The notes: generated from the letters alone by a model not told the origin. DNA of 64,000 bases from Gammaproteobacteria bacterium (GCA_041572275.1 JBFFSQ010000002.1:1983-65982), one strand, 5' to 3'; shown: positions 52,400-63,345, counted from the stretch's first letter. Numbers and translations are program-made.

Positions 52400-53905
52400 A
52401 TGCCCGACATTGTCCTTTCTACACTCAATGCCCGTTATATCCACTCATCGTTGGGTTTACGTTATTTAATGGCCAATCTGGGCGAGCTCGAAGAACGAGC
52501 ACAGATCATTGAATACAACATCAATGCCCGCCCCATCGACATTGCTGAAGACCTGCTGAGTCAGCATCCTCGCATCATTGGCTTTGGTGTCTATATCTGG
52601 AACCAGGAACAGACTACTCAGGTCATCCAGCTCATCAAACGAATCAGGCCGGAAATTATTATTATTCTCGGTGGCCCAGAGGTGAGCTATGAATATGAAG
52701 ATCAACCTGTAGTCCAGGCTGCCGATTATCTGATCACAGGTCAGGCAGATCTGGCCTTTGCCGAGACTTGTAACCAACTGCTCAAAGACAAAAAGCCCAT
52801 CAACAAGGTTATCCACTCACTACCCGTTGATATACAGGACATTCGTTTTCCCTATGCTTATTATACGGACGAAGACATCAGTAACCGGATCATTTATGTT
52901 GAAGCCTCTCGTGGCTGTCCTTTTAAATGTGAATTCTGTCTATCAGCGCTGGATAAAACGGTGTACCCCTTCGACCTGGATGCCTTTCTGACACAAATGC
53001 AAACACTGTATACACGCGGTGTCCGGCACTTTAAATTTGTTGATCGCACCTTCAACCTGAAGGTGGATAGCAGTATCCGCATCATGGAGTTCTTTCTCGA
53101 TAAACAGGATGATGACCTGTTCCTGCATTTTGAACTCATTCCTGACCATTTACCGGAACGCCTGAAATCAGTCATTGCCCGATTTCCAGAACACAGCTTA
53201 CAGTTTGAGATTGGTATTCAAACCCTTAACCCTGATGTGCAACAGGATATCAGCCGTAAACAGAATACCGAGAAGTCACGCGCTAACCTTTACTGGATTC
53301 GCAACCACAGTCATGCCCATATCCATGCTGATCTCATTATTGGCTTACCCGGTGAAAATCTACAAAGTTTTGCTCGTGGCTTTAATGAATTAATGTCCAT
53401 GAACCCCCATGAAATACAGGTGGGTATACTCAAACGCCTGCGTGGTAGCCCAATTATTCGCCATAGCCAGACTTTTGATATGCGCTATACGCCCTACCCA
53501 CCCTACAACATCCTGAGTAACCGAGATATTGATTTTGAAACCATGCAGCGACTGAGTCGGTTTGCTCGCTACTGGGATATCATTATTAATTCAGGGCGAT
53601 TTAAAAATAGTAGAGACTTACTGTTAGGTGAAACACCCTTTGAAAACTTTTTAAAACTCAGCGACTGGATCTACGCCGAAACACGACAGACTCATAAATT
53701 TTCACTACCGCGTATTTTTCAATTGCTGTACACCGCCATGAATGAGCTGTTCATACTCGATAGCGTAGATATTGAACAACAGTTGCTTAAAGATTTTAAA
53801 GCCTCAGGTATCAAGGGCATGGCCAAATTTTTGCCAACATACACACAGGACAGGGAACGCCGGCAGGCACAGGCAAGCCTTAGGCAAAAACGTCATATAC
53901 ATTGA
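52400..53905 (+). CDS. B12-binding domain / radical SAM protein (DUF4080-type)
   Basis: N-terminal B12-binding-like fold; CPFKCEFC radical-SAM cluster motif. Confidence 0.8.
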   Translation: MPDIVLSTLNARYIHSSLGLRYLMANLGELEERAQIIEYNINARPIDIAEDLLSQHPRIIGFGVYIWNQEQTTQVIQLIKRIRPEIIIILGGPEVSYEYEDQPVVQAADYLITGQADLAFAETCNQLLKDKKPINKVIHSLPVDIQDIRFPYAYYTDEDISNRIIYVEASRGCPFKCEFCLSALDKTVYPFDLDAFLTQMQTLYTRGVRHFKFVDRTFNLKVDSSIRIMEFFLDKQDDDLFLHFELIPDHLPERLKSVIARFPEHSLQFEIGIQTLNPDVQQDISRKQNTEKSRANLYWIRNHSHAHIHADLIIGLPGENLQSFARGFNELMSMNPHEIQVGILKRLRGSPIIRHSQTFDMRYTPYPPYNILSNRDIDFETMQRLSRFARYWDIIINSGRFKNSRDLLLGETPFENFLKLSDWIYAETRQTHKFSLPRIFQLLYTAMNELFILDSVDIEQQLLKDFKASGIKGMAKFLPTYTQDRERRQAQASLRQKRHIH

Positions 53906-53936
53906 CGAATGGCTGCAGATTGGCAGTCAGTGAATT

Positions 53937-54266
53937 TTAAAAATCAATCGGCATATAGAAAAACACAAAACGTCCATTCTCGTAATCAATTTTTAATGTA
54001 GCGCCGTGATATAAACCATAATCAACATAACCGGGCACCGCACTGTTCTGATGGCATTCACTGGCATGTTGTGGTGATTCGAAATCGCGATCGCGGTCAT
54101 ACCAGGACAATAGCATGAACTCACCCAGACGTTGATCGGCTTCACGATCTGCCATTTTCATGGCCTGTAAATAATCCTGAATAGGTTGCTCTGGTGTAAT
54201 TTCGACAATAGTTACACTGGAATAATCGGGCGGTTGTGGTATCGAACAGGTTGGAGGATTAACCAT
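53937..54266 (-). CDS. Hypothetical protein
   Basis: 109-aa ORF, 3-nt spacing from the upstream gene. Confidence 0.4.
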   Translation of the reverse strand: MVNPPTCSIPQPPDYSSVTIVEITPEQPIQDYLQAMKMADREADQRLGEFMLLSWYDRDRDFESPQHASECHQNSAVPGYVDYGLYHGATLKIDYENGRFVFFYMPIDF

Positions 54267-54268
54267 AA

Positions 54269-55117
54269 TTAAGGCTTCGCTAGTTGCTTGATCAGTTTAA
54301 TGGACAACCATAAAAATAATAACGGAAACAGAATCGTCTGCACAACGAATACCACGATCATATTCAAGGCATCTTCACTGAGCTGTGCAGCAGTCTGTTT
54401 TAAACCATCCAGCTGACGTTGAAAATCAACAGCATTGGTTGCCGATTCATATATATTTTGGACTTTTTCAACGAAAGACAGTTCCTGCTCAGCATCAACT
54501 GGGGAAATGACCGTATTTTGCTGATTCATGGAATCGGTGGTTTGCTCCAGTTTCAGGCGTGACTCTTCGTACTGTGGTTGTAAAAATACTAAATAGATTC
54601 CCTCATTAACAATGGCAATCACCGGAATCATAAAACGAATGACGACCAGCACCATTGCCACACGTAACCACATTGATTTTCGAATGCTGACCTGGCTCGG
54701 TTGTCGCCACATCGTGTATACGGCTACGAACAGAAATAATGAAACCAAAATGCTAAACCAATACCAGGAAGTAATCTGAATAAGAATTCGTTGGACACCA
54801 AGTGAAGCACTACTCGCCAATACCACCCAGGAGAAGCGCTCGATCAGGTCATTGATCGGATCCAGAATCTGCCCAGGGGTAAAGGTCAAACCAACACCCA
54901 CAGGCTCAACAGCAACCTCAGTACCCTGTGCTACTGAGATTACTCCATTTAAACCACGGGCAATCCCATAAGCGACCAGCGCGCGTTTAAGTCCCTGCTC
55001 GGTATAATTTTCCCCGATATTATCCAACCAATGTAGCTGCGCTGCTAGTACCAATAGCAATGCAAACAGACTCAGCAGAATTTTGGGATAAATGGATACT
55101 CTCATACCAGGTTCCAT
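54269..55117 (-). CDS. Membrane protein, unknown function
   Basis: Signal/TM N-terminus and multiple TM segments; 2-nt gap to the upstream methyltransferase gene. Confidence 0.5.
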   Translation of the reverse strand: MEPGMRVSIYPKILLSLFALLLVLAAQLHWLDNIGENYTEQGLKRALVAYGIARGLNGVISVAQGTEVAVEPVGVGLTFTPGQILDPINDLIERFSWVVLASSASLGVQRILIQITSWYWFSILVSLFLFVAVYTMWRQPSQVSIRKSMWLRVAMVLVVIRFMIPVIAIVNEGIYLVFLQPQYEESRLKLEQTTDSMNQQNTVISPVDAEQELSFVEKVQNIYESATNAVDFQRQLDGLKQTAAQLSEDALNMIVVFVVQTILFPLLFLWLSIKLIKQLAKP

Positions 55118-55119
55118 AA

Positions 55120-55938
55120 TCAGGTTTTTTGTCCAATGGCGATGATGACATGAGTATCCATTCTGATTTGACCACCATCCAGCAATTCATCAACTTCTGC
55201 CAGATGTTGCTCACGAAACTGTTCCTGTTGCTCAGGTGTAAGCTGATTCAACAAACCACGATAACCAGCGTTCCACACAACATCCCACCAGTTCTGTGCA
55301 GAAGCAATCTCATAGCTCAGTGGTTCATGATAAAAACGAATGTTATCGATACCAGCAGCATTGAAAACATCCCGAATATTTGTTTCTAAAGCGAGTCGCT
55401 TCCATGACAAGTCGGGAACTTCCATACCAAATGAGGCATAACGTTCGAGGAACAGACTGGAAAATGGATCAAATGCCTGATCCGTAAAGCTGGAAATTGC
55501 AATACGGCCACCAGACTTAACCGTATCAGCAATATTTTTCATGCCCGACATCATATCAGTCAAAAAGAACAGACCAAAGCTACTGGTTGCTACATCAAAG
55601 CTTTGAGCTGGCAAAACTAGATGATCCAGATCCATATGAATAAACCGGGTATTGGTGAGACCATACTGATCGGCCTTGTCACTGGCCTGAGATAACATCC
55701 CGGAAGACAAATCAATCCCAGTCACCTGCCCGTATGGCATTTTACTGGCTGCTTTCAATGCGACCATTCCAGTTCCAGTACAGACATCCAGCAATTTAAG
55801 GTCTTCCGCCAGATCCAGATATTTGATCATTAAATTTGCGGTATCAGGAAAAAAAGCCAGTGACGGGTGGTCATAACCTGAGGCGACTGTATCAAACGCG
55901 TTTTCAATAATCTGTTTGTAGTGATGTTGTTCGTCCAT
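55120..55938 (-). CDS. Class I SAM-dependent methyltransferase
   Basis: LDVCTGTGMVAL motif I; GIDLS motif II. Confidence 0.8.
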   Translation of the reverse strand: MDEQHHYKQIIENAFDTVASGYDHPSLAFFPDTANLMIKYLDLAEDLKLLDVCTGTGMVALKAASKMPYGQVTGIDLSSGMLSQASDKADQYGLTNTRFIHMDLDHLVLPAQSFDVATSSFGLFFLTDMMSGMKNIADTVKSGGRIAISSFTDQAFDPFSSLFLERYASFGMEVPDLSWKRLALETNIRDVFNAAGIDNIRFYHEPLSYEIASAQNWWDVVWNAGYRGLLNQLTPEQQEQFREQHLAEVDELLDGGQIRMDTHVIIAIGQKT

Positions 55939-56167
55939 CGAGTGTCCTTGTTCATTTATAAAATAAGTTGGTCATTCAAATCCATGAGAGAATCATAAAC
56001 GTAGATCAAGACAATGTCAGTGAAAAATATAACATAATTAATATTAGAAAATATCAATAACAAGGAAGACAGAAATCATATTTCTGGCAGGACAACATGA
56101 CATCTGTAAACAAAAAACAGAGTGACTGGCACTCTGTTTATAATTCAGCTAGATACAGATAATAAAT

Positions 56168-56509
56168 CTAGGGTTTCGACGCTTCGTCTGCACATTTAAC
56201 GCAATACTCGGCAAACGGCACAATCCGTAAACGTTGTTCTGGAATATCTTCACCACAGCGCTTACAAATACCATATTCACCGGATTTAATCCGCAACAGG
56301 GCATTATCGATTTTCGATACCATCTGTCGCGACTCTTCCTCTAGCGCATCCAGTACATCATCATTTTCACGCTGAACAACTTGTTCAGCGAAGTCCTTTT
56401 CAACCGGCGCATCAATGTGATGTGTATCCTTATGAATATCGTCCTTACGTTTGGAATAGATAGCCCTTAATTCCAGGAGTTTTTGTTTAAACTCAGCAAC
56501 ATTTTCCAC
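56168..56509 (-). CDS. TraR/DksA-family C4 zinc-finger protein
   Basis: CKRCGEDIP...(17)...CVKCAD C4 finger with preceding coiled coil. Confidence 0.7.
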   Translation of the reverse strand: MENVAEFKQKLLELRAIYSKRKDDIHKDTHHIDAPVEKDFAEQVVQRENDDVLDALEEESRQMVSKIDNALLRIKSGEYGICKRCGEDIPEQRLRIVPFAEYCVKCADEASKP

Positions 56510-56528
56510 AGTGTATCTCCAGCCGTAT

Positions 56529-56801
56529 TTATGATTTTAATATTTGATGCAATTCATCTTTAAGCTTGAGCCGCTTCATCTTCAAGGTTTCAAGATATTC
56601 ATCGCTAGTTGGCTGTCCTTCCATTTCAAGATTTCGTATCTCATCATCCAAAGCGGTATATTGCTCAAGCAAGTGCGCGAAGTGCTTATCCTCCAGTTTC
56701 AGGTCATGGATACGATCACGATATTCAGGAAATTCGTGTTTTAAGTCATGTTTCTCGCCCAGCATCGGTACGCCCTTGTTCAAATCAATCAATGAATACA
56801 A
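56529..56801 (-). CDS. YdcH/DUF465-family small protein
   Basis: HDLKHEFPEYRDRIHDLK...H.LEQY pattern; start likely at MLGEKHDL. Confidence 0.55.
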   Translation of the reverse strand: MYSLIDLNKGVPMLGEKHDLKHEFPEYRDRIHDLKLEDKHFAHLLEQYTALDDEIRNLEMEGQPTSDEYLETLKMKRLKLKDELHQILKS

Positions 56802-56873
56802 GTATAGGTGGCTTTCATCAGCAGCTTGTTGATCTCACGCAAACGCTAATCCAATCGTCACTCAGGTTTCATA

Positions 56874-58097
56874 CTAGTAAAATGCAGCCATATCAATCTG
56901 GTAGACCTGGGGTGATACAGCCTGTCGAATAAAATCATCTGTTTTGGTTAGATCTAATTCTCTTACAGGTATGAGCCGCTTTTTTATGGCACTGTAAATT
57001 ATTTTCAGCCTCGGCTTAAGAAGATCAGTTTCTCCTTGCTCTATAACTATACCAACCAGTCCGGAATCCAGTTCAACCAGCGTCCCGACCGGGTAAATGC
57101 CCAAACAACGAATAAACTGTTTCACCTGTACAGGATCAAAATGACTGGAACTCCACTCCAGTAACTTTTTCAATGCCACACTGGGTTCCCACGCACTCTT
57201 ATATACACGAATAGACGTCAATGCGTCATACACATCGACAATTGTCGACATCTGTCCTACTGTTGATATTTCATCCCCTGCCAATCCCAATGGATAACCG
57301 GTGCCATCGACACGCTCGTGATGTTGTGCCGCTACATCAAGAGATGCTTGTGTGATCCCCGGCTTGCCTTCCAGCAATTCACGACTATGAACCACATGTG
57401 ATTTCATAATACTGAATTCCTCATCACTAAGTTTGCCCGGTTTATTGAGAATTTCGTTTGGGGTTTTCATTTTGCCAATATCATGTAGCAGACCACCGAT
57501 AGCGACCTGACGTATAGTATCCATATCAAGCCCAAGAGCACGACTGAAGGTAATCATCAGCCCTGCCACACTCACTGAGTGCATGAAGGTATACTGGTCC
57601 TTGTTCTTGATTCGACTCAGACTAATCAGGGCATCTTTATTTCGAAAAGCCGATTCGATCATTTTCTCAGATATTGGCTCTATCTGTTCGACTGAAACCT
57701 GCTTACCCAGACGTACATCCCCCATCAGATTCTGCATCAGACCGTGAGCTTCTGTGTATATTTCTCTGGCCCGGTTTAATTCAGCCGCTACCGGGATTTG
57801 CTTTTCCAGATGGGAAAATTCTTCAGCAATTTCGCTCGTCTGTACGGCCAAACTGTCCTGTACTTCGACTTGAGTTGGCGCATCTTCGACATCGATGCCT
57901 TTACGGGTGTCAATATATACATGTTTTAGACCTGAATTGATGAGCTTATTTAGTGTTTTATCATCTTTAATTTCGAACTGATTGACTAGAAAATTGTGTT
58001 CAAACCAGCTGGCATCCAGATCCTCAATATACATACCCCGTTTTAATTGCTGTACTGATACCTTCTTTTTCATACGTGGTTCTGTTCCAGGTTCCAA
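56874..58097 (-). CDS. HD-GYP domain c-di-GMP phosphodiesterase with N-terminal DUF3391-like domain
   Basis: HDIGKMKTP ... HHERVDGTGYPLGL. Confidence 0.88.
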   Translation of the reverse strand: MEPGTEPRMKKKVSVQQLKRGMYIEDLDASWFEHNFLVNQFEIKDDKTLNKLINSGLKHVYIDTRKGIDVEDAPTQVEVQDSLAVQTSEIAEEFSHLEKQIPVAAELNRAREIYTEAHGLMQNLMGDVRLGKQVSVEQIEPISEKMIESAFRNKDALISLSRIKNKDQYTFMHSVSVAGLMITFSRALGLDMDTIRQVAIGGLLHDIGKMKTPNEILNKPGKLSDEEFSIMKSHVVHSRELLEGKPGITQASLDVAAQHHERVDGTGYPLGLAGDEISTVGQMSTIVDVYDALTSIRVYKSAWEPSVALKKLLEWSSSHFDPVQVKQFIRCLGIYPVGTLVELDSGLVGIVIEQGETDLLKPRLKIIYSAIKKRLIPVRELDLTKTDDFIRQAVSPQVYQIDMAAFY

Positions 58098-58311
58098 TAT
58101 GGAATAAGTTGTTTATTAGGATTAGCTTATTTCTTTAATAATATTGTTATAGAAGTCAATCATGAAGTTATCAAGTGATAGCTATGAATCTGTTAAGTAT
58201 AGCTATAATGCATTGACAAGAAGCTTATGCATTGAGTTTAATTGGACCATTAGATCAGGTCGTCCCCCGAACAATCTTAAACTGATGTAAGCCGAAACAG
58301 AGAGCACAACT

Positions 58312-59088
58312 ATGAAATATTGTTTGCAAACATTACTCATCACTAGCATGCTGCTATTTCAAGCTGCTACCCAGGCATCCGATGTCGCCAAGGAAAAACG
58401 CTGGGCTGATCAGGTGATTGACTCAATCATCGATGGTGAAGCCGAATGGTTACAGGCTGATGGCCATAAATTTTTGGCTATATATACCGAATCCACTAGT
58501 GACGAGACCCGCGGAGCAGTCATTGTAATTCACGGTTCTGGCGCTCATCCAAACTGGGCAGATATAGTATATCCCTTACGCACCGGTCTACCGGAACATG
58601 GCTGGGCTACGTTGTCGATACAAATGCCGATTCTGGCCAATGATGCTGAACATGCAGCCTATGCACCACTTTTTAATGAAGTAAACCCCAGGCTCACGGC
58701 GGCCATTGCCCATCTAAAGTCAAAAGGTATCAAAACAATCGTCATAGCCGCCCATAGTCTAGGATCGGCGATGTCCAGTCATTACCTGGCCTCTACACAA
58801 GCGCACTCCATCACTGCATTTGTTGGTATTGGCATGTCACCAAGCGAATTCAAACAAATGAATAATGTTGAGTCACTAAAACATATCTCCATCCCGATAC
58901 TTGATCTATATGGCAGTGAGGATCAGGAAAATATCATCAACTCAGCCGAGCTCAGAAAACAAGCGGCTCAGGCTGCTGGTAATAAAAACTATAGTCAGAA
59001 AAAAATTAACGGCGCTAACCACTTCTTTAATGAAAAGAATGAAATTCTGATCAACACTGTAGCTGATTGGTTGGCAAAACATACATAA
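58312..59088 (+). CDS. Secreted alpha/beta hydrolase (DUF3530-like)
   Basis: Signal peptide; VIVIHGSGAHPNW; nucleophile elbow AAHSLGSAM. Confidence 0.65.
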   Translation: MKYCLQTLLITSMLLFQAATQASDVAKEKRWADQVIDSIIDGEAEWLQADGHKFLAIYTESTSDETRGAVIVIHGSGAHPNWADIVYPLRTGLPEHGWATLSIQMPILANDAEHAAYAPLFNEVNPRLTAAIAHLKSKGIKTIVIAAHSLGSAMSSHYLASTQAHSITAFVGIGMSPSEFKQMNNVESLKHISIPILDLYGSEDQENIINSAELRKQAAQAAGNKNYSQKKINGANHFFNEKNEILINTVADWLAKHT

Positions 59089-59142
59089 GACAACCATGAT
59101 TCACTAATAGACATCACTCTCCCTGATTTTTTAACTATACTG

Positions 59143-59589
59143 ATGAATATTAGTTACGTTAACAGGGAGGATGTCATGAACGAGATCATTCTATCGTTGA
59201 TGTTATGGGTAGGTGACCATACACGCTATGATGTTTACCTGCAGCAACCCAATATACTACAGACTACGCAACACAATATGTGTAAAAGCTACGGCATTGA
59301 TCACAAGGAACGTTGTGAATCGATGAAACTGGCTGCTTTCTATAACAAAGAACAAACCATTTATCTAAAAACCAACTTCGAACCTGATAATCCCCACAAT
59401 CAATCAGAGCTATTGCATGAGCTGGTGCATTATATTCAATGGTCTAACAACCTTGAAAAGAACTATTGTCTGGGACAACTTGAGCTGGAGGCCTATATTC
59501 TGCAGGATAAATGGCGCATCCAAAATGGACTGGAACCACTATTGGATGATTTTAATCGTTTAATGCTAGCAGCTTCTTGCGATGAGTGA
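59143..59589 (+). CDS. Small DUF4157-like HExxH (zincin) protein
   Basis: HELVHYIQW matches the DUF4157 HEL.H..Q signature. Confidence 0.4.
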   Translation: MNISYVNREDVMNEIILSLMLWVGDHTRYDVYLQQPNILQTTQHNMCKSYGIDHKERCESMKLAAFYNKEQTIYLKTNFEPDNPHNQSELLHELVHYIQWSNNLEKNYCLGQLELEAYILQDKWRIQNGLEPLLDDFNRLMLAASCDE

Positions 59590-59670
59590 ACGTCTTTATC
59601 AAATCTCTACAAATGAGTAATCAGTAGTGTCTTCAATTTGAAGTTTATACACTGATTTTTTGTGTAATAT

Positions 59671-60576
59671 TTACGGTATGCAACGACTTCCTCGAACATT
59701 TGATTGAGGACATAATTTGATAACCATGTCAAAATCGTCATTGTAACTGGTGGGTATGGTATTAATATTAATTGACTTGAATCTGGGTAATATCAACTCC
59801 CGAATGATATTTGCTTTTTCTTCACTAATTGAAGAATAAATTATAATTTCCTGTTTATCCGTAGTCACATTCGCAATATTTCGAGACGTTAGTCTAAAAC
59901 CTTTTGTATCAAACCGCTGCCGAATATATTCAATATTATCCTGCCAAAGCTGATGATTGTCATCACGATAATGTAACTGAATTCTAAACCGGCTGTTCTC
60001 AAGTTTCTTGATCGCTTTAAGGCGATCTTCTGATTGCTTCTCGATGGTATTAACTCGTTGCAGTGTTTGTTCAAGGCTTAACTGATATTTCGTAATCTTA
60101 CTTGAGTCAAAGCCTTCTAGTTCCTTCATTTTGCCATCGATTTCATCCTTCGCCTGGGAAGCTTCTGTATTAAAATTTTGACGTGATCGTTCAATATTCT
60201 TGATATCATCAGCAATTTCCAAATTAGCCTTATCCAGCATTTTTTGATATTCCTCTGAGGCGTTATAGCTACTAAAACCTGCATAGGAAAGTACCGCAAC
60301 AACGATGGATATGGCCACACTCAGAGCGACAAACTGGTTTTTGACCCAGCTTGTTGCTTTTTCTTCAAATGATTCCAGGGTTTTAAATTTGACCTCTATG
60401 GCCTCTTCATTAAGTTCCTCGCAGATTTTTTTTACCAGCTGGCGAGTGGTCTCTGACACATATTCTTCATTGACATGGTCATCCTCAACCAATTTCATAC
60501 CACAATGATTACAATAAATACTTCCGGTCGGGTTCTGTTGATCACAATGCTTACAGTATATATCCATAAGGAGCAC
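59671..60576 (-). CDS. Zinc-ribbon membrane protein (cytoplasmic Zn ribbon, 1 TM, periplasmic coiled coil + C-terminal domain)
   Basis: CKHCDQ...CNHCGMKL; TM VALSVAISIVVAVLSYAGF; probable start at MDIYCKHC (60564). Confidence 0.55.
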   Translation of the reverse strand: MLLMDIYCKHCDQQNPTGSIYCNHCGMKLVEDDHVNEEYVSETTRQLVKKICEELNEEAIEVKFKTLESFEEKATSWVKNQFVALSVAISIVVAVLSYAGFSSYNASEEYQKMLDKANLEIADDIKNIERSRQNFNTEASQAKDEIDGKMKELEGFDSSKITKYQLSLEQTLQRVNTIEKQSEDRLKAIKKLENSRFRIQLHYRDDNHQLWQDNIEYIRQRFDTKGFRLTSRNIANVTTDKQEIIIYSSISEEKANIIRELILPRFKSININTIPTSYNDDFDMVIKLCPQSNVRGSRCIP

Positions 60577-60588
60577 CTGTTATGGGTC

Positions 60589-61470
60589 TTAACGAGTGAC
60601 ACATTGGCGGCTATTATATTCTTCATCCCTGGAAATATCAGACTCTTCTGCCGCGGTCAGTTCATACGTATTTTTAATCAAGTGACGACCTGACAAGTCA
60701 AATAACTTTACATGACGATGTTTATTATTCATTACCATGCTGGCAATTAATTCTGATGTTGGGTCATAGACTCCATCGTCATTCATATCCAGATAGGTCA
60801 TATGTTCACTATCATAATCAATCGAGTAGGTATCCTGATCCTTACGATCAAGGTTCATAATAATGTCATAGCGCACAACTGATTCCTGGTAAAAAGTTGT
60901 CTCTCCCGGTATTCTCGTCGTGTATAAATTAACATCCAGAGGAAAACAGCCCTGTTCCAGCTGACTCAATGTATAGCGTTGTGGAAAAACCTTGAAATCA
61001 CCACTCATAAGAATAGCGTTTGTTTTATCTCTAATAGCAAAAAAACGCCCGGAACCTTCAATAACCATATGCCCTACTTCATCACCTACAAAATGATCGA
61101 GATAAACATTGAAGTTAATCAGGCCTTCCATGTGTATTTTTCCATCCATCAGTTCATTACGTATACTTTGAATACCATAGTGATTTTTCAGGTATTGCCA
61201 GTTAACCGAGCCAAGCATGTGAATGAATATTCTATCCATACGCTGATCAAGCGCGTTATTTTTTTTTGAGATATCTCTAATTGATTCTATTTCTGGTGTA
61301 CTGATAGTAAAGGTTTGCCTGTAGCTTTCCTGTTGTGACACACGCGCTAACTGGATGGGGACCTGGCGCCAGAATTCATAGGTTTTTTGGGCACAAGACA
61401 CTAACAGCAGACTTAGGCTGGCAAGACAGAGCAGCCTGAGGAAATTTCTAACATTTGATGAATACAACAT
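60589..61470 (-). CDS. Lipoprotein, unknown function
   Basis: Signal peptide with lipobox LLVSC. Confidence 0.5.
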   Translation of the reverse strand: MLYSSNVRNFLRLLCLASLSLLLVSCAQKTYEFWRQVPIQLARVSQQESYRQTFTISTPEIESIRDISKKNNALDQRMDRIFIHMLGSVNWQYLKNHYGIQSIRNELMDGKIHMEGLINFNVYLDHFVGDEVGHMVIEGSGRFFAIRDKTNAILMSGDFKVFPQRYTLSQLEQGCFPLDVNLYTTRIPGETTFYQESVVRYDIIMNLDRKDQDTYSIDYDSEHMTYLDMNDDGVYDPTSELIASMVMNNKHRHVKLFDLSGRHLIKNTYELTAAEESDISRDEEYNSRQCVTR

Positions 61471-61672
61471 CTCCGTACTCCTGTATAGAGATAATGCTTA
61501 TTCAGATTCAAGACAATTGACATATAATAAAATACATTACTATAAAATCAGGAAATGTCACATAATTATTGATAACAAAATATACATTATCATGCAAGCA
61601 GTATTTGACGCTCATTGATTTAGTAACAACTTACACATCAGGGTATCTGAATAAACATCAGGTTAGACCAAC

Positions 61673-62596
61673 ATGTCTATATGTATCAAAATTTTCAGTC
61701 TACTTCTAACTGTATTGATAATTAGCAGTTGTGCTCATTTTGATACATCCGGACCAGACTGGAATGCATTTGAAGCACGTAGTCAAAAGCCGAGTATTAA
61801 TCTTTTCGTCCAGTCAACCGGTACTGGACCACCGATTGTATTACTTCATGGTTTTGCGGCACATAGTTACAGCTGGCGCCATCTCCAGCCACAGTTAACT
61901 GCTGATCACACCGTTTTCATGCTTGACCTTAAAGGTTTTGGTTTATCACCAAAACCAGACGATGACGCCTATTCAATTTATGATCAGGCTCGTTTAGTCG
62001 TTGATTTCATCCGTGATCGACAGTTGTATGACAGCAGTATTATTGGCCACTCTTTTGGCGGAGGCGTAGCATTGGCCGCTGCACTCTACTTGAGCAAACA
62101 TCACCCAGAATATATTAGCCGACTCGTGTTAATAGATAGTATTGCCTTTAAACAGGAAACACCTTTATTTATCAATATACTTGCGACACCCGTGCTGGGT
62201 GAATTATTAACCTATACACTACCTGCCCGATTTCAGGTTAACAATGTACTCAGTAAAGCCTATTATAATGATGCATTAATCACTGAAGACAATATCCAGG
62301 CCTACTCCGAACCATTATCTAGAGAAGGTGCAAAAAATGCCCTAATAACCACAGCACGACAGATATTCCCCTCTGATCTGGACAGGCTTGGGCAACAGTA
62401 TCAGAACATCACAGTTCCGACGATGATAGTTTGGGGGGGAAATGATGAAATCACACCTCTTGTAATTGCGAAAAAACTTCATCAAACAATGCCCAACTCT
62501 TCATTAAAAATCATCAACGAATGCGGACATAACCCCCATGAAGAATGTCCTGAACAGACCATACCCCTAATTGTTAATTTTTTACGGACCAGATAA
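61673..62596 (+). CDS. Alpha/beta-fold hydrolase (lipoprotein)
   Basis: Lipobox ISSC; HGFAAHSYSW; GHSFGGGVA nucleophile elbow. Confidence 0.8.
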   Translation: MSICIKIFSLLLTVLIISSCAHFDTSGPDWNAFEARSQKPSINLFVQSTGTGPPIVLLHGFAAHSYSWRHLQPQLTADHTVFMLDLKGFGLSPKPDDDAYSIYDQARLVVDFIRDRQLYDSSIIGHSFGGGVALAAALYLSKHHPEYISRLVLIDSIAFKQETPLFINILATPVLGELLTYTLPARFQVNNVLSKAYYNDALITEDNIQAYSEPLSREGAKNALITTARQIFPSDLDRLGQQYQNITVPTMIVWGGNDEITPLVIAKKLHQTMPNSSLKIINECGHNPHEECPEQTIPLIVNFLRTR

Positions 62597-62634
62597 ATTA
62601 AACGAAGGTCTATTCCAGGCTATTGGTAAATACA

Positions 62635-63219
62635 TCAATTATTATATTTGCAGCATTTTAAAATCTCATACGCTTCCCTGACTTCGATAAACAGTGCACT
62701 ATCACCACCTTTATCAGGATGATGATCAGCGGCCAGTCGCCGATAACTTGACTTGATTTCATGCCAATGCGCATTTTCATTCAAGCCCAATACAGTTAAA
62801 GCATCTAACTGTTTATCAACAGCATAATACTGGTTCCAGAATTGATCGAGCAAGGCTTTGACTTCAGCTTCAGTCGTGTTTTCAAAGTGTTGCCAGTTGA
62901 GATAATAATCGCGTACTTTCTGTTCTGCATCATCAATTAGAGTTGATATAGAAGATGATTGTGTAAGCGGTCTGATGTTGATATCAAGCGCAGATATGCT
63001 TAAGTAATATCCTTCACCAAACAGATCCTGCTGAAGGTGATATAGGGCATTCATGGTCATGAAGTGTTTTTTAAATACACTTACATTATAACTATCACCT
63101 GTGACTGGATATTCCATACCCTGCTCTTCCAGCTTGCAAATCAAGTCATATTCACCAATTTTTGAAGTCGAAGACTTGAGGATTTCAAGGATAGGGATAA
63201 TGAGAGGATTTGCGGACAT
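62635..63219 (-). CDS. J-domain protein (DNA-J-related family, C-terminal J domain)
   Basis: YRRLAADHHPDKGGD...EVREAYEIL with HPD tripeptide. Confidence 0.75.
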   Translation of the reverse strand: MSANPLIIPILEILKSSTSKIGEYDLICKLEEQGMEYPVTGDSYNVSVFKKHFMTMNALYHLQQDLFGEGYYLSISALDINIRPLTQSSSISTLIDDAEQKVRDYYLNWQHFENTTEAEVKALLDQFWNQYYAVDKQLDALTVLGLNENAHWHEIKSSYRRLAADHHPDKGGDSALFIEVREAYEILKCCKYNN

Positions 63220-63345
63220 CGATCACTCTATAAAGCTGCAAATAATATAACTATAGCAGTTTTTAGCCTGACAGTGATTGAGCCAGCTTAAGTTATGAGC
63301 ATAAACATTAATCCAGGAGATTCCCTATATTACAGAACGAACTGT

